Source: an uncultured SAR86 cluster bacterium
GTDB lineage: Bacteria; Pseudomonadota; Gammaproteobacteria; Magnimaribacterales; D2472
Assembly (NCBI GenBank): GCA_902520725.1
Contig: CABYPB010000005.1
Coordinates: forward strand, 1,612-65,611
Direction of reading: 5' to 3'
DNA length: 64,000 bases
A model generated the notes under the pieces. The model did no database searches. It saw nothing but the letters and a program-made list of their open reading frames with translations, and was not told the origin of the DNA. Below are positions 62,474 through 64,000 of this stretch, one piece after another. The position numbers and the translations under genes were made by a program. Positions within the stretch are counted from its first letter, which is position 1. Each line of letters starts with the position of its first letter.

Positions 62474-63427
62474 ATGAGTATTAACAATTTGGATATCTTT
62501 ACAGGAACTGCAAATCCTGAACTTGCTCAAGAAGTATCAAAAATACTCGGAATACCCTTGTCTTCTGCCGATGTTGGTTATTTTTCAGATGGTGAAATTA
62601 AAGTAGAGATAGAGGATAATGTAAGAGGTCATGACACCTTTATAATTCAGTCTACTTGTACACCGCAAAATAAAAATGTAATGGAATTGATGTTGCTTGC
62701 AGACGCATTAAAGAGATCGTCGGCATCAAAAATTACTGCGATTGTTCCATATTATGGTTATGCAAGACAGGATAGAAGAGTAAGATCTGCAAGAGTTCCA
62801 ATCAGTGCAAAGGTCGTTGCAGATATGTTTGCATCAGTTGGCATTGATAGAGTCTTAACTATTGACCTTCATTCTGAGACTATCCAGGGCTTCTTTGATA
62901 TGCCTGCTGATAATGTCTATGCGACTAAATTAATGATGGAAGATATAAAAGCAAATAATGAAAGAGATGAAATAGTCGTAGTTTCTCCTGATGTTGGAGG
63001 AGTAGTTAGATCCAGAGCCTTAGCAAAATTCCTAGATGATACTGATCTTGCCATAATAGATAAAAGAAGAGCTGCTGCAAATCAATCAGAAGTTATGAAC
63101 ATAATTGGAGAAATCGAAGGAAAGGTTTGTATCGTACCTGATGATATTATTGATACAGCCGGCACATTATGTAATGCTGCAAATGCATTAAAAGAAAAGG
63201 GAGCTAAAGCTGTAAAGGCGTATATTACCCACCCTGTTCTTTCAGGTCCTGCTATAGAAAGATTAGAAGAATCGCAAATTGACGAACTTGTTGTAACAAA
63301 TTCAATTCCTTTGTCACAAGATGGCAAAAAATGCAGTAAAATACGCGTCATTTCGTTAGGATCTACAATTGCTGAATGTATTAAGCGATTAAGCAATGAA
63401 GAGTCACTAAGTGAGATGTTTTTATAG
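62474..63427 (+). CDS. prs: Ribose-phosphate pyrophosphokinase
   Basis: [23 protein letters not shown] and DDIIDTAGT motifs; GAGGGG RBS. Confidence 0.98.
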   Translation: MSINNLDIFTGTANPELAQEVSKILGIPLSSADVGYFSDGEIKVEIEDNVRGHDTFIIQSTCTPQNKNVMELMLLADALKRSSASKITAIVPYYGYARQDRRVRSARVPISAKVVADMFASVGIDRVLTIDLHSETIQGFFDMPADNVYATKLMMEDIKANNERDEIVVVSPDVGGVVRSRALAKFLDDTDLAIIDKRRAAANQSEVMNIIGEIEGKVCIVPDDIIDTAGTLCNAANALKEKGAKAVKAYITHPVLSGPAIERLEESQIDELVVTNSIPLSQDGKKCSKIRVISLGSTIAECIKRLSNEESLSEMFL

Positions 63428-63435
63428 AGGAAATT

Positions 63436-64000
63436 ATGACAGATCAAATTATACTTAATGCAGATGTTAGAGAAAGAACGGGTTCAAATAAAGCAAGAGT
63501 AATCCGTAAAATAGACGGCATGGTCCCTGCGATTGTTTATGGTGACGAAAAAGAAACAATCAATATCAAACTAAAACTAAATGAATTAACAAAAGCTTCT
63601 GAAAATGAACTTTTTTATACTCAAGTTCTTCTTATAAAAACTGGAGATGATGAAGAAAAAGTTGTTTTAAAAGAATTGCAAAAAGATCCTGCAAAAGGCA
63701 AATTCCTTCATGCTGATTTTCAAAGAGTATCTAGAAAAACAAAGCTTAAAGTTGTTATACCAGTCAACTTCGTAAACGAAGAAGAATGCGTAGGAATTAG
63801 AGAAGATGGTGGAGTTGTGGCAAAAGCAATTAGAGAAATAGAAATTATGTGTCTTGCTGGAAATATTCCTGAATCAATTGATGTTGATATAGAGAATCTT
63901 CATCTTGGAGATTCTATAAGGCTAACGGAAATTACCCTTCCAGAGGGTTCAGAGGTTCCAGGATTGTCTGATGAAACAGATCAAATGGTTGTATCTGTAA
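63436..64000 (+). CDS. rplY: 50S ribosomal protein L25/Ctc (runs off the window end; absent from the ORF track)
   Basis: Own translation: MTDQIILNADVRERTGSNKARVIR...VPAIVYG...LHADFQRV...GGVV...IPESIDVDI; GAGG RBS; follows prs. Confidence 0.95.
   Translation, partial: MTDQIILNADVRERTGSNKARVIRKIDGMVPAIVYGDEKETINIKLKLNELTKASENELFYTQVLLIKTGDDEEKVVLKELQKDPAKGKFLHADFQRVSRKTKLKVVIPVNFVNEEECVGIREDGGVVAKAIREIEIMCLAGNIPESIDVDIENLHLGDSIRLTEITLPEGSEVPGLSDETDQMVVSV

Overview
A very AT-rich (roughly 30-33% GC by eye), extremely gene-dense stretch of core chromosome from a streamlined gammaproteobacterium. Gene order and protein style suggest a marine SAR86-like lineage, which is an inference. It carries about 68 housekeeping CDSs: recA, fdxA, pyrG-kdsA-eno-ftsB-ispDF-surE-pcm, rpsF-rpsR-rplI-dnaB-alr, a rearranged dcw cluster, petABC-sspA, rplM-rpsI, zapE, degS, murA, kdsD-lptAB-rpoN-mgtE, yhdP-mreBCD, gatCAB, hemA-prfA-prmC and lolB-ispE-prs-rplY. 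It also carries RNase P RNA and tRNA-Gln(UUG). I saw no mobile element, CRISPR array, prophage or defence island. The most interesting signals are small: (1) a pyrG promoter/leader with the geometry of a pyrC-type CTP-sensing start-site switch, whose hairpin hides the start codon; (2) a 7Fe ferredoxin fused to an ExbD/TolR-like domain; (3) ftsZ moved from the end of the dcw cluster to directly behind mraZ, below four 10-bp-periodic GTGTG boxes; (4) shortening or local loss of trans-envelope bridge proteins (YhdP, LpoA, LptA/LptC, LolB, Mla); (5) non-canonical catalytic motifs in MurD and FtsI. All functional calls come from reading motifs and synteny; no searches were run.
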